Under the pieces are notes generated by a model that ran no database searches, was not told the origin of the DNA, and worked only from the letters and a program-made list of their open reading frames with translations. The position numbers were made by a program, and so were the translations under genes. A stretch of DNA of 64,000 bases. It comes from Cenococcum geophilum. Taxonomy: Eukaryota. This document shows positions 50,233-63,300 of the stretch, in pieces. The DNA is taken from contig CP158635.1 of NCBI GenBank assembly GCA_050273025.1, forward strand, positions 2,666,001 through 2,730,000, read 5' to 3'. Positions within the stretch are counted from its first letter, which is position 1. Each line of letters starts with the position of its first letter.

Positions 50233-50490
50233 TGTAAGGCAGTATTGCTAAGGTATACGGTAGGGAGTAGGCAAGCCAAGCATAAGTCATATAGGGAGTC
50301 GATAGAAGAGGACGATATGGTAATAAGGGTAGGCAATAGCCTCGTACTAAGATGAACTAATAGGAGAGGAAGGAGGCTGCAAGCCTGAGAAGCTTATAAG
50401 GGGTGGCCAAGGCCTAGCCAAAGGCTAGCCTTGGCAGCCCCTAAGAGCTCCTAGGATGTAGCCGAGTAAGGGACCAAAAGTACCCTTACA
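50233..50490 (-). mobile_element. Solo LTR of the element E family inserted in the Helitron
   Basis: TGTAAGGCAG...CCCTTACA, homologous to 41670-41931. 5-bp TSD GGTAC (50228-50232 / 50491-50495). Confidence 0.92.
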
Positions 50491-53042
50491 GGTACGGACT
50501 GTCTAACTATAAGAAATATAAGCGCTGCCTAGATAGGGTAGAGGACGTTACTTTCCTTAATTTTCTACTCTATTTTAATTACTCTACTTATAAGCGTTAA
50601 CTAAGAGTAAGGCCTTAAGTTATATCGTACTTTCCGCAATATAAAGGCGATCCTTTCTATCTATAGTATCCTAAGTTCTGCCGTATAAAGCTTATTCTTT
50701 ATTATCCATAGAGGGAGTATAAGGAAGTGGCTACTTATACTAATAGATTTGGGGCCCCTAATTATATAGCTTCCAATTAGGCTTATATTAACTCTTATTA
50801 GCACCCACTTAACTACTTCTATAATTAGAAACTAGAGAAAGGTTATAAAACTGCTAATAATATTAATAAGTTTAAGGGCGATTTTGTAGATAACTTAGAG
50901 CTATACTAGTCCTTTAAGGCCCTATATGCCCGCGTTTAAAATACTAATAGAGTTAAAATTAAGAATCCTAACAGGCTTAGTAATAGGGAGCTTAATTATA
51001 ACTATAACTAGAGTACGCATTAGGGTACGTACCCGCAGCTTAATAAGAGGACTTATTAGTAGAAAGTATGGCTATAGCCTCTACCATAGAGCCGCCTATC
51101 TTAAATAGTAACTCCGTCCTCCTTATAACCAGGTCAGCGTTGTATCTATAACATTATAGTTAATTACTACAGGCAAATCTAAGTAGGCATTAGCCCCTCC
51201 CTACTACGGATTAACGTTAATAGAGAGGTAGGAACTAGTAAATTACATCTTATTACTATTCTCTCTACTACGCTCTATAATATAGTAAGGGCTATTAGCA
51301 AGCTAATGCTATTAGCTTAAGCGGCCCCTACTAGGGTAGCTACCTTTAATATTAACGGTAGAACTATATACGATCTATTAAGGTTGTTAGTAAATTGCCT
51401 ATTTAAGGACTTACCTGCTGCTAGTCTTACACCTCTATAATAGGCTTTTAAGGATATTTACTATCTCGTCCTTAATAAGAAATCTATAATCGGGCAAGTA
51501 TATCTAGCCTAGATTAATTGCCGCCTTTATTAGATCTACCCTATACGTAACAACAACTACTTTAGAGGCTTAAATATCTTACTAGTAGGCAATTTCTATT
51601 AGCTTCCCCCTATAAATTAGGTGGTCTTATATAGCAATCTACCCACTAGGCCGTTAGAACTCGCTAGCTACGGAAAAAAAGCCTATAAGGTAATTAACCG
51701 AACTACTGTTCTGGATTAAGTTATACGGTAGGGTAGTAATAACGCTAAGAGCTTTGCATTTAGGACTGCCCTTATAGAGCTACGTAGTAATTCTGTAAGT
51801 AAATTAACCTAAAAGCTTCTTTTAACTAGGTATAAGCAGGGCCTATCCACTAATAAGGTTGCGGGCTTTAATGACGTAATTCGGCTATATGGCACACGCG
51901 CTGCTATAGGTAAGTATAACACTACTTAGCTTCGCAACCTTTTACAGCCAGTAGTGGCTATTAAGTTAGTTAACACTAGTATAGGTATACGGAAAGTTAC
52001 TCCTAATTAGTGCGATACTATAGAGAATCTAGCCCTATATATTAGTGTGAAAGTAATACTAATATAAAATATCTAGATTAAACTAGGCTTAGTAAATAGT
52101 ACTACTAGTATAGTTAAAGATGTCGTATAGAAGGGATACGCGGATATTAAAAAGGATTAGCCTTAGTTACTACTAATTATAGTAGATGGGTATAACGGAC
52201 CTACCCTATTTACTCGGTAGGATAGTAAGAAAGTTATCCCTATATTTTCCGTACTTCGTAAGTAAAAGGGTATAAAAGGCTCTTACTTACAGCGTTAATT
52301 TCTAATTACTCTAGCTTTTACTCTTACCGTATATAAAAGCTAGGGCCTAATACTTAACTGGGTAGTTCTAGATGTTAAGGAAAAGAGAAAAATAGCTAGG
52401 CTAACCTATATAGCAATCTTATAAGTTAAGAAGCTTTTAGGGCTTATATTTAAACGTAGGTTTAATATAAAATAATTTTAGTTATCTATAAGTAAGACTA
52501 AAGAGGCATAATAAGAAGATTTTATACGGAGGTAGTAGTAATTACTCGTAAATGAGTTTTCCTAATTAGGAAATTATATACTGGCTTAGAGGTAAGCAGA
52601 GAATATAGCATTTATCTTAGTTTTTTAACTTTTAAATAGTTTAACCGCGAAATCTAATTTTCTAAATTTTAACCCCCCTATCTGTCCTACCTTCTTACCG
52701 CTTTTAGAGCTGTTAAATATACATATAATAGTATATAGGGAGAATTAGCAGTACTGCCGGATTAATATTACTGCTATTTATAGCGTTAATTAATTTTTAA
52801 AAATTTTAAATTTTTTTAAAGGGAGAAAATGTTGCTTATATAAGAAGTCACGTGACCTTTAAAAATACTTAGGACCGTATATTAGCAGCCATAACTTCTC
52901 TATACTATAGTTAACATTTTATATATACCGTACCTAGAGCTGCTTATAATAACTATTACCTATAAATCTGCCGATTTATAAATTAAAAATTAGATATAGT
53001 TAGAGCTATTAATAGGGGTTATTAATCGCGCTCCCCGTAACA

Positions 53043-53545
53043 AAATTTTAGATTTTAGTAATCTAAACTAATGAATTAAATTAAAAGTTTGGAACGTCTA
53101 AATAAGGTTCTGCTAAGACGCTAGCTAAACCCTAACCTAGACCCTTCCTAACCTATTAAATTCTAAAAATAACAACCTTTATTAAATTAAAAATTAACCT
53201 TATCCTTAATAAGCCATCTAATTAGATTTAATAGTTCTTTATTATCTAAAACACAGCCAAAACTAATAAGGTATAGCAGTATATTAACCTATCTAAGAAG
53301 AAAAACGATTTTCTAAAGCTAGAACTACTAAGTCGGCCTATACTAAGGGATATACTACCTACGGCTATATTAATAGCAAAGCTAGACCTAAACCAGCTTA
53401 CTGCCTATAACTAGCTCTACGCCGAATATAAGGACAATTTATGCGTATACTAGAAGCAAAAACAGGCTATAAATGATATTAATTACATCGTTTGCATTAT
53501 ATTAGTAGCCTACCTTCCACTTATTAACAGCCTTAGTAATTAGTT
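53043..53545 (+). mobile_element. Truncated Copia-like gag 5' fragment
   Basis: Reverted LILDKPSDWIQWFFII...AKTNKVWQYIDPS, similar to the gag start of the Copia at ~9860-9955. Preceded by CCGTAACA (possible LTR end at 53042). Confidence 0.55.
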
Positions 53546-53672
53546 ACATTAAATATTTAAGGCGTTTCTACTACTATAGTAGCTACTACAGTAATAGAGA
53601 TACCCCGTATTTTGGTAAGTAATTAAGCCCATCTTATACTATTAGTACTTACTAAATTACGTGCTCGTAGGG

Positions 53673-54400
53673 CCTCCCGTCTATAAATACTCCCTCCTTT
53701 ATACCTTTCTTTCTTCTTTTCTTCTTCCTTATAAGAGCTAGAGGTGCTCTAATACTCCTCCCTAGTCCCTATTAAGGGATCTATTAGTTAATATGGCAAT
53801 ATAGATAGCATCGGACGATAAGACGGGCGAGAGAGGACAGAAAGGACGAAGGAGCCTTTGGTATATATTAGTTGAGTAATATTACTAGCTATATTATAGC
53901 TACCTAATCTCCTATACTCGTAAGCCTCCTCCCGTCTATAAATACTCCCTCTTTTATACCTTTCTTTCTTCTTTTCTTCTTCCTTATAAGAGCTAGAGGT
54001 GCTCTAATACTTCTCCCTAGTCCCTACTAAGGGATTTATTAGTTAATATAGCAATATAGATAGTATTAGACGAGGAGATCGGTAAGAGAGAAGATAGGAA
54101 GGACGAAGGAGCGTCTAGTAGGTGTTAGTTAAGTAATATTAATGTCTATATTATGGCTGCCTAATCTTCTATTTATAGGCCTCCTCCCATCTATAAATAC
54201 TCCCTCCTTTATACCTTCCTCTCTTCTTCTTTCTTCTTCCTTATAAGAGCTAGAGGCGCTCTAATACTCCTCCTTAGTCTCTATTAAGGGATCTATTAGT
54301 TAATATAGCGATATAGATAATATCGGATAAGGAGACGGGTAAAAGAGAAGATAGAAAGAATGGAGGAACCTCTAGTAGGTGTTAGTCGAGCAACGTTAAC
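53673..54400. repeat. ~255-bp tandem repeat, ~3 units, RIP-diverged
   Basis: CCTCCCRTCTATAAATACTCCCT recurs at 53673, 53928 and 54183, each followed by the same pyrimidine tract and purine-rich block. Confidence 0.85.
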
Positions 54401-55521
54401 GGCGGTTTTTGTTACCTAAAAATTGCGTTATATAATAATATTTAGGAACGTAAATATATACCCCCGTCCTATACTTACACTACTATTAAATATTCTAGAT
54501 TTTGTACTCGGAGCTACTTATAATAGGTATTCCTAAAAGATCTACCGGTTTAAAGCTCTATAATTAAATGTTATTAACGTTTTATATAGAGGTCGTTAAT
54601 TAAGCTCCCAGGACATAATATTTAAAGTTTAACACTATACTAATATTACGACCTTCTTGCAGTGGCCAAGCCACCCCCAATCTCCTCCCCTCCTCCCTCC
54701 TATTACTTAGCGCTAAGCTATTATATCGTCGCCACGCCATTGCGTCGTCATACATCTAAACTAGGTGGGTAATAACGTGGTTAATAGTTATTAGGTATTA
54801 AGAATATTTAGTATATAAAGCTTTAAATTGGAATTATAATCTACTATATTATATCCTACGTAGAGGGCTCTGCATTAAAGCTCTGTAATCTAAATATATG
54901 CTATATTCGTAACTAATATATTCTTTAAGCCTAGCTTAAGTAGGGCGCCTTAGTTACTGTAGTAGATCTTTACCTAGCAGTAACTAAGGTGCCTTAATCT
55001 TACTACTACTTCTAAATTAAGTAAAAGCTCTATAGGGGGGTCCCAGGGGGTCTCCCCCTAGAAAACCTTATCTCTATATATATTAATTAAAGTCTATATA
55101 ATAAAGCTCTAAATTAAAGCTTTGGGTTAATTAATTGGCTTATTAAACTCGGGTTAAAATTTTAGTTAGGAAGCCAACTATCCGCATGTTATTGTCTAGT
55201 GCAATAAACTTAAAGCCTTAAAAGGTAGAGAAATACATAAGAATAGGAGTAAACGTAAGAGACGTATACTATGTAAATACCGGACTCGTGCCTTACTTTC
55301 ACTAGGTCATATCAAACGCCCTTTATTTAAGCAGAGAATTCCAATGTTCAGATCTTAACCGTAACAGTGCGTCCAAGAACTTAAGCGTTGCTTATCATGA
55401 ATATGGAGAGAACTAAATCAAAAAATCCTTATATCTCAGAAATTCCACTAAACCGTCCATTCTGATCCCATTCCTTCATCTCCTAATATAGGGTCCCGCG
55501 CTTCTTCAACTTCAACGTCGC

Positions 55522-58500
55522 TAGTAATCTATTTGGACTAAAGTGGTGTAGATCTGAGGTCAAATCCACTCTATCTACTAAAAAGACGATTTGGCTCTAG
55601 GAGCGCCACGGAGCTCCAGTGTAGATATATACTATTTATAGTAAGTCTTAGCATGACTTTAGTGTTATATTTGGGGGGTAGGAGGCGTTTAAACTTACTA
55701 AAAAAGATTATTAGATTTGCTAATTAGTTTCCTTATTACCTTCCTCCGTAATCTTATCGTCCTTAATAACTATTACCTTATTGCCAGGCGTAGGCTCTTC
55801 CTCGGAACCAATCTCTTCTTCTTTAATTGTATTAAGCTCCTCCTTAAAGCTAAAGCCCTAAACGTCCTTAGGTTTAGTAGGTGGTGGAGTAAGAGCTTCC
55901 GCAGCCTTGCGAGCCGCGGAAGCTTATAATGGTGATATTAAGGGAGTCGTAGGCTCTTCTTCTACCTCTCTAATCGCCTGATTGTTAAATATACCTTTCT
56001 GCAGGCGACTATACGAGTGCCGAAGACACTTATTTGCCTTAACTATATCCATCCGTAATTAAGAGCGATAATCCTTAAGTAGAATCTTACAGCTGCTAAA
56101 TAGCCTCTTATATTTATCCGATATAGGAGGTACCGCGAGAATATTAAGGGCAAAGCAAGCTAAATTGGGCTAGCTCTTAAGGCGATCTAACTAGTATTGT
56201 AAAACGTTAAAGTATTTGTCATCGCTAATAGGCTCACAATTAGTCTTAAGGTAGGTAATAAGATTGCCTTTTTTAAGCGACGGAGTTAACTAATCTTAGT
56301 AAGAGACTTTAAGGCGCTTATAAGCTCGAGTAAAGGTATACGTCTTCTCTTAATTTAGCTGCTGCGGTAGAGAGTTTAAATAAGGTAGATTTAAGGGCCT
56401 TACTAAATATTTATCTTTATATTTAAGCCAGAGCTCTGTAATTAAAGCTTTAACTATTAGAATTTACTTCTTCTTTTTATCTAAACTCCCCTATTACTAC
56501 TTAAACCACTTTATTTTAAGTGTTAGATTTAGTACAATCGCTATATAGTACGCTCTAGTAATATCTGCCTTCTTAAAGTACTTCTTACACTTCTGCTATA
56601 TAGCTTCTGCGCAGCCTGCAAGATATTTATAGCTTTATACCTTATAGCGGCTCTACTATAGCTTTTACTTCTTAGCTAAAATCTCTAAGAACTTTTGCCT
56701 TATAGTATTAAGCTTATTTAGAAGCCAATTAAGTATTTAAAAATGGTCCGTAAGATTTGTTATATTACCTTTTACTATAAGAGTAGCCTTATAAAAGGTT
56801 TCTAAGTAATTATATAAGTATTTAAGCTCGTTCTAGTAGTAAGGTTAAAGTATATCGTCCTTAGTAAGAGGCTTTAAGGTAGCTATTATATATTTATTAT
56901 AGAAATGCTTAACGCGTTTCCGGCAATTTAGAAAGCGACTTATAGCTATAAAAAGGGAATTCTATTGTATTTGATTATTCTAAATTAACTAATTAATGTT
57001 AGTATTAATCTATAAGATAAATTAAATATTGCAACCGTATAGAGACTCTTGCGATTTTTAACCGGCGTTTTAGAAAATCCATAACTAAGCTAATTAACCT
57101 CCCTACTTATAACGTCAGAGGGGTACAATTAGCTTAAATCTTAACACTAAATGCCTATATAAGATCTTTGTACCTACCTTTAAGCCATTAAACTTAGTTA
57201 ACGAACCTCCTATTTAAATCTTTATAAAGAAACTATAACGCTAGGAGGTTAGACAAATATATTAGACAATATTATAAAGCAATCCAACTACTCCGCGCTT
57301 TCGCTAAAGCTTTTTAACGGTTGCTATATCCTAATTGCGATAGGCCGTAGGGAGCTGCTTATAAATCTTCTTAGAGTCCTTTCCTATAATAAACGCCTAA
57401 GCGTAAAGGTTTATAATATAGCTAAAGCAACGTAGCCAACGTGCCTTCCGCTATTTTACTAATATATTACTATAGAGAGCTTAAAGAACTGCATTGATAT
57501 AAGTATTATTTAACTCCGAATTATCAGCTATAAAATATTCTATATTACTACAGATCTCGTACTCCTTAAAGAGAGCGATAAGTATACTAGTTTAATTCTC
57601 GCCGCTATATTTACCTAAAATCTCTCATAATCCAAGAACAATATTATAATGCCTTCCTCTCCTGTTAATAAAATAAGCAACTACCCTAAGAACTATATAC
57701 GTATTAGGGGACGTCTAAAGATTAAAGGATATTAATATCGCGCTGCGAGCTTCCTTAAGGTCCTTCTTTAATTACTCCTTCTGTTTTTTATACGCCGTAA
57801 TAACCCAACCCTAAATTATATTTGCGGCCTTTAGAAGGAGCTTCTTAAGGCCTAGGTATAAGAAGAATAGGAGTTATCAGAAATACACGTTTTTAAATTG
57901 GAAAAAGGTAATATAGCAATTTTTTTTTTTTTTTTTTTTTTATATCCATTGTATTATACTACGTACAATACTGCGCATGCAGCCTTGGGCTATGGCGCTA
58001 TAGTTCTATATACATAAATCCTTTCTAGGCAGCTTAATATATACTAGTAGCTATGTCCTAGTAGTTTATAGTTTCCTAGTAAAACACTAAGATACTACAA
58101 CTACTAGGGAATGAGAAAATGGTAAGAAAAACTATAAGAAATCCTAACCCCTGTCTTTGTCCTTTTGCAATTTATTTCTATTCTTTTACTCTCTAATATC
58201 TTTTTAAGAGTCTAGTAGGAGTTGCCTCCTTCTAGAATCCTATCTGTTTTATTCTTCCATAGAATCTCCTTCGCGTACTAGTTTAGCAGCTTTAAGAGTC
58301 TCGCAGTCTTTACTATTAGCAAAGTGTTTTTCTTTACAATTAATGCAAAGAGGGATGGTATGCTGGTAAGGCTTGCCTGTTATTATACAGGTAGAACAGG
58401 AATGGTCTTTAGATAAATATGCAGCCGCACAGTATCTGCAGGCCCTAGTAGAGCACCTGTCTCCTATATGGCCAAATTTTTAGCAGCTCGTGCACTACGT

Positions 58501-60335
58501 AGTAGGAGAGACTTCGAGGTATTTTACTACCTTAGTAGCTGTACCTGCAATTGATATCTCTTTTTGCTTAAGGATTTCTTGTCTTTTTTCTTCGTTCTCT
58601 ATAGTAAAAACTATAGAGCCAAATCTGGTCTGTAGATTGTGTCTTTTTTCGCTAGATAAGATCCATCTAGGTAGTCCTTGTATCTTTATAGGATTAAAGG
58701 TCTCAATTTCTTCTTTTAGAAGCTTAGAGCCTCCTTCTCCTAGGAAAGGTAGGGTAGGAACCCTATGGGCTATAACTTGAACCTATGGTTCTAGTTTTTG
58801 TTCTCTTTAGAAGGTAAAGCAGTTATACTAGATCTCCTTATATTTAACTAGGAAATCTATATTATACTCCTCTGTAGTAGTAAGGAGAATATTTTGTTTT
58901 CCTCTAGTTCTAGCTATAGACACTAGTACTAGTTTTTCTACTTACAGTTTTGATGTAAATAGTTAATTAACTTTATTTCGTATCGAGAAGATATCTAAAG
59001 GTTGGTCCTTTTTGTCTGTAATTAGGACTAGCTTCCTTTTTTATAACTGCTTTTTCTTACTTCTAGTAGAAGTAGGAGGACTCCTACTAGAAGGAGGTGG
59101 TAGTGAGGAGGGTAGGGAGGACGAGGAAGGGAGGTTCTTCCTTAGTCTTTCTGCGTAAGTTTCCTTAGTAGGGGCTACCTCCTTACGGAGAGCCCTTACT
59201 TCTTCTACTAGCCCTTTTAGGACATCTTTTTCCTTTTCATTTCCTTTTATAAAGGGATTTTCTCCTACTAGGATACTCCTTGTATAGTCCTCTAGCTATT
59301 TAACTTGTTCTTTTTTTTCTTCTTCTTCTAGCCCTTTATATGCCTGGGTTAGGCTTTCTAAAGCTTTTTGTAGGTATTATTCTGGAGAAAGGGGAGGAAA
59401 AGGTATAGGTGTACTAGGCGTGCCATCCGTAGTAGTTATTGGTTTCTTTTTTGTAGGTTTTTGGTTTTCTTTTTTAGGAGAAGTTTGAGGATGTTCTCTT
59501 TTCTCTCCCTTCTTAGATAAGCTGGGAGGAGAAAGAAAAGAAGATGAAAATAGAAATCTATTATCATTTCTTTCTATAGGGGTTTCGCCTATAGACTCGT
59601 TGTCGTCACTTGTCTCTATAGGAGGTTTCTTTTTGGGCCTGGTAGGCCTTGGCATCTTATAGGGGGAGTTTTCTAGTTTTTACTATCCTTATACCCTTTT
59701 TCCTTACTAATCCTACTAGAGGATTTCTGGGGAGATTAGGTTTAAAGGTAGTAGTAATACTAGACCCCTGGTATTAGTGGTGGTAGTAGTGGTAGTAGTT
59801 TTAGTGTTCCTGTCCGTGCCTCGCTTACAAGCTAGGACCACCCCTAAGAAGAATTTTCTGTTGGGGGAAAGGGGGTAAAACGACAATTAAATCTACCTAT
59901 AGCTCGCTAAGCAGTAGGAATTGGGTCTTGAAAGTTAGAAAATCGATTGTTTTTGGTGGTAAGATGGGTATGCGTAAGTTTTGAAGTGCGGCGCTTCCTT
60001 TTGGTAAGGTTGCATGTGTGGTAACAGGTAAATATAGCAATATATAATCTATTAAATTAGGAGCCGTTTAAAACTGTTAAAATTATAACTTATCTTAAGA
60101 GCCTACTAAGTAGGGTACTCCTTAATCGTTAGCTGATCTAATTTGGGTAGACTACTATTCTAGAGCTCGCCGCTAACCCTATGCATATTATAGTCTTCCG
60201 TAAGGTAATCTAAAGCCATATACCTTCATTTTAACATAATTATAAGCTCCTAGTGGCGCTTCTGCTTTTTATAAAGCTAGCAGTAAAAGTACGTAGTTTT
60301 GCCATTTAAATCTTTTAGGAAGATATCCTATTTTA
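55522..60335 (-). mobile_element. hAT-superfamily DNA transposon (5'-truncated), RIP-inactivated, interrupted by a LINE
   Basis: hATC dimerisation motif PNLA.FAL.ILAVPP.SD.CERLFSS...EANECLR (~56020-56170). FKRLLI.WI..CHI.FFQFEN spans the LINE insertion. BED-like YFYC.LC...H....H (~60190-60295). Candidate terminus TAGTAATCTA (CAGTGATCCA) at 55522. Confidence 0.85.
57920..60030 (-). mobile_element. Non-LTR (Tad1-like LINE) element containing only ORF1, with poly(A) tail
   Basis: T22 run at 57920-57941, TSD AATATAGCAA (57910-57919 / 60031-60040). Minus-strand gag-like ORF with Cys/His knuckles (C..C.KFGH....C...CRYCA...HSC..C...CINC...H.ANS..C, ~58300-58495). No endonuclease or RT is present. 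Confidence 0.85.
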
Positions 60336-63300
60336 TAAACGCCGTTTTAGCTAAAGCAGCTACTATTACCTCTTACTATAGCACAAGACTCTATATAAAG
60401 TTAGTGCTAGTAAAGTAACGTATAATATATATATAACTCACTAGGTTATTATAGGGGACTATAGCCTAGGCTAAGGGGTCTTCCTTAGGGTTAAGCGTTA
60501 TTAGGCCGGTTAAAGTAGTCTTAAAGAGAATAGTAGGACGCTCTAGTCCGCCGGCGCTAAGTTTATAAGGGTCGCTCGCATACTATACGTATACTACTCG
60601 CTAGTATAGTATAGTAGTACTAGGGCCGCCTATAAGGCCTATAACCCGCAACTTTTACTACAATATAGGCAGTATAGTATTAAGAAGTGTCCTCTTACTA
60701 CTATTTTTAAAGCCTTTAGCATAATCTAGGCGCCGGGATAGTATATTAGCGGGATTTACTTTACTTAGCTTATATTTAATCTTAAAGTTAAACTTAGCTA
60801 GTTTCTTAGCGTACCGGGCCTAGTAAGTAGATAAGCTCTTAGTAGTTATAAAATACTTAAGATTATTATAATTATAAAGTACGCGTGTTGCATACGTAGC
60901 GTATTTAAGGTAGTAGCGCTACGTCTTAAAGCATTACACTATAGCGAGTAGTTCCTTATTATGCGTATTATACTATACTTCTAGGTTAGTAAGCTTCTAA
61001 CTATAATAGGCAATTAGGTACCAGTAGAGTTAATCTCCCTATCCTAAGGGCTGTAGAAGTATACTACTATAGATATAGTTAAAAGCGTTAGTAATTACCA
61101 TTAAGGGTAAATTAGGGTTAAAGTGGCGAAGTAGTAAATCCTATATAAACGTAGCGCGTAGCTTATAGAATACCTACTACGCGTCGTTAGGCCAGGACTA
61201 AGGTTAATACTATTTAGTAGGCCTTTTTAACTTGCGCTTCTGCTTCTTCTCCCTATCTAATATTAGGTTGCAATGTGCCTATATAAAATATATATGTAGG
61301 GGGTATATAGTATCTAAATAGTTCTAGATAAATCACCTATAGAAATTAGCGAAGCTAAAAAAGACCTAGATATCCCTATAGAACTTAGGCTTAGGCCATT
61401 CCTTAATAGCTTTTACGCGGTTAAGGTTTATTATAATACCCCTAGGGGTAATAATAAAGCCTAGGAACTTAACGTTCTTAGTATAAAAGATATATTTTAA
61501 TAGTTTAGCGTATAGGCCCTAAGCGCGGAGCTATTACAGTACCTACCTAATATACTTAACGTGCTTATCCTTATTATTTAAGTAGATAAGAATATTATCT
61601 AAGTAAACTATATAGATAGTATCTACTAGGGTTTTTAAAGCTTTATAAATATAGCTTTAGAACGTCGTAGGCGCGTTAGTAAGACTAAAGGGCATTACTA
61701 GGTACTTAAAGTAACTATAGCATATCTTAAATACGGTCTTTTATTTATCTCCCTTTTTAATATAAATTCTATAGTACGTATTATAAAGATCTAGCTTTAT
61801 AAATATCTTCGCATAGCTAAGCCTATTAAAGAGTTCGCTAACTAGTAGTAGGGCGTACCGATTCTTAATTATAATCTTATTTAGGCGTCTATAGTTAACG
61901 GATAGCCGTACTATACTATCTACTTTCGGTATAAAGAGGATAGGCGCTCTAGCAGGCGACTTACTGGGCCCAATTTAGCCCTTTTTAAGAGCACTATCTA
62001 GGTACTCTTATAAGATCTATAACTCTTTCTATAAGAGGTTATAGAGGGGTATTTATAGTAGCGTCTTACCTTCTTTTAAGTCGATTGTATAGTCGTACTT
62101 AGAGTTCTGCGGTAGCATACTTGCTAGTTTATTAGAGAAGATATTAATTTCCTCCTTATATACCTCTAGCAGGCCGGGGGCTACGGAGGTTAAAGCGACT
62201 ATTACGTAGTAGTGTACTTCCGGGAGTTAATAGAGAGAAGGGTATAGCCAATATATATTTTATAAGTATACTTACACTAAGAGTATATACAGCTCTACTA
62301 TAGTATACTTAATAATTTTAGGGTTTTAATTACCTCCCCCTTATATATAGGTAATCTACACTAGCACTAGAGGGTCTCTATAGGTACTCGCTGCTAGTAA
62401 CGGCAGGTTCTCTACTATGTTTATAACTGGTGTCTTTACGTCCAGAGGGTTTATATGGGTACTCGCTGCTAGTAACAATAGGTCCTCTATTATGTTTACA
62501 ACCGGCGTAAAAAAGGAGTCTTCTGGCTATAGTAAATAGACTATTTCACTAGCCTTAATGTCTACTAGGAGAGCGTTAAGGGTGACTATCTAAAGGCGTC
62601 TAGGGTTTAAAGTACCCTAGATAAACTGTCTAGAATGGAAACTAATTAATAGATCTACTTCCGCGAGCTAATCCTATTTAAGAACTATATTATAACTATT
62701 AAATAAGCCGCCCTAAAAGGTCTGCGGGCTAATAGTATAAGGGGTACCTTAGGAGTCGCTAGTGGTAACCGTTAGATTATAAGTATCCTAAATTATTACC
62801 TAGTTGCTATTAAGGAAACGTGTAATAGGTTTATATATACATAACGCGGAGCGTATAGGTAGGTTAAACCTATAGACGACATCTTAATTAATAAGGTTAA
62901 TTTGGCACCTATTATTATATAAAGTATATAGGCGGACTTCGCCCTAGGGCGTATCTATCGCAACGTATACTATAATACGTTTCTTCTCTCCCTCTATATT
63001 AGGCCCTAGTTACTATTAAGAGAGATACGCTATTAGGGCTTTAGGTTTTCCAAAGGCCGAGCTAATTTCTCTTTATTAGCCTGCTTTTAGTATTTCTTAT
63101 AGTAGCCGCCTACGGTCCTTTAACTTACGTGCATAGCACTAACGTCTAGGGAGTCCCCTAAGCCGTCCGGCTTTTAGGTAATCTCCCTAGAAATTTACTT
63201 AAAGCGTTGCCCCTTTTAGGTTTTATTCCCTAAACCTAACTTTACGGAGCCTATACTACGACCACGCTTTATACGCGATAATTTGCTACTACTACTTACG

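Larger units (their letters stand above)
45579..52564 (+). mobile_element. Helitron RepHel gene (N-terminal Cys-rich region, HUH Rep, PIF1-type helicase), RIP-inactivated and interrupted by two insertions
   Basis: Reverted motifs: LT.VEELLI.RV (~46472), AFPTLF.YGKADF (~47106), LRGTRPYW (~47406), YEWQ.RGSGHIH (~47712), DGEAGTGKS Walker A (~51219), APTGVA.FNING.TIH (~51323), LDEKSMIG (~51471), ALTVHKSQGLTL (~52320). Element termini were not identified. Confidence 0.9.
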
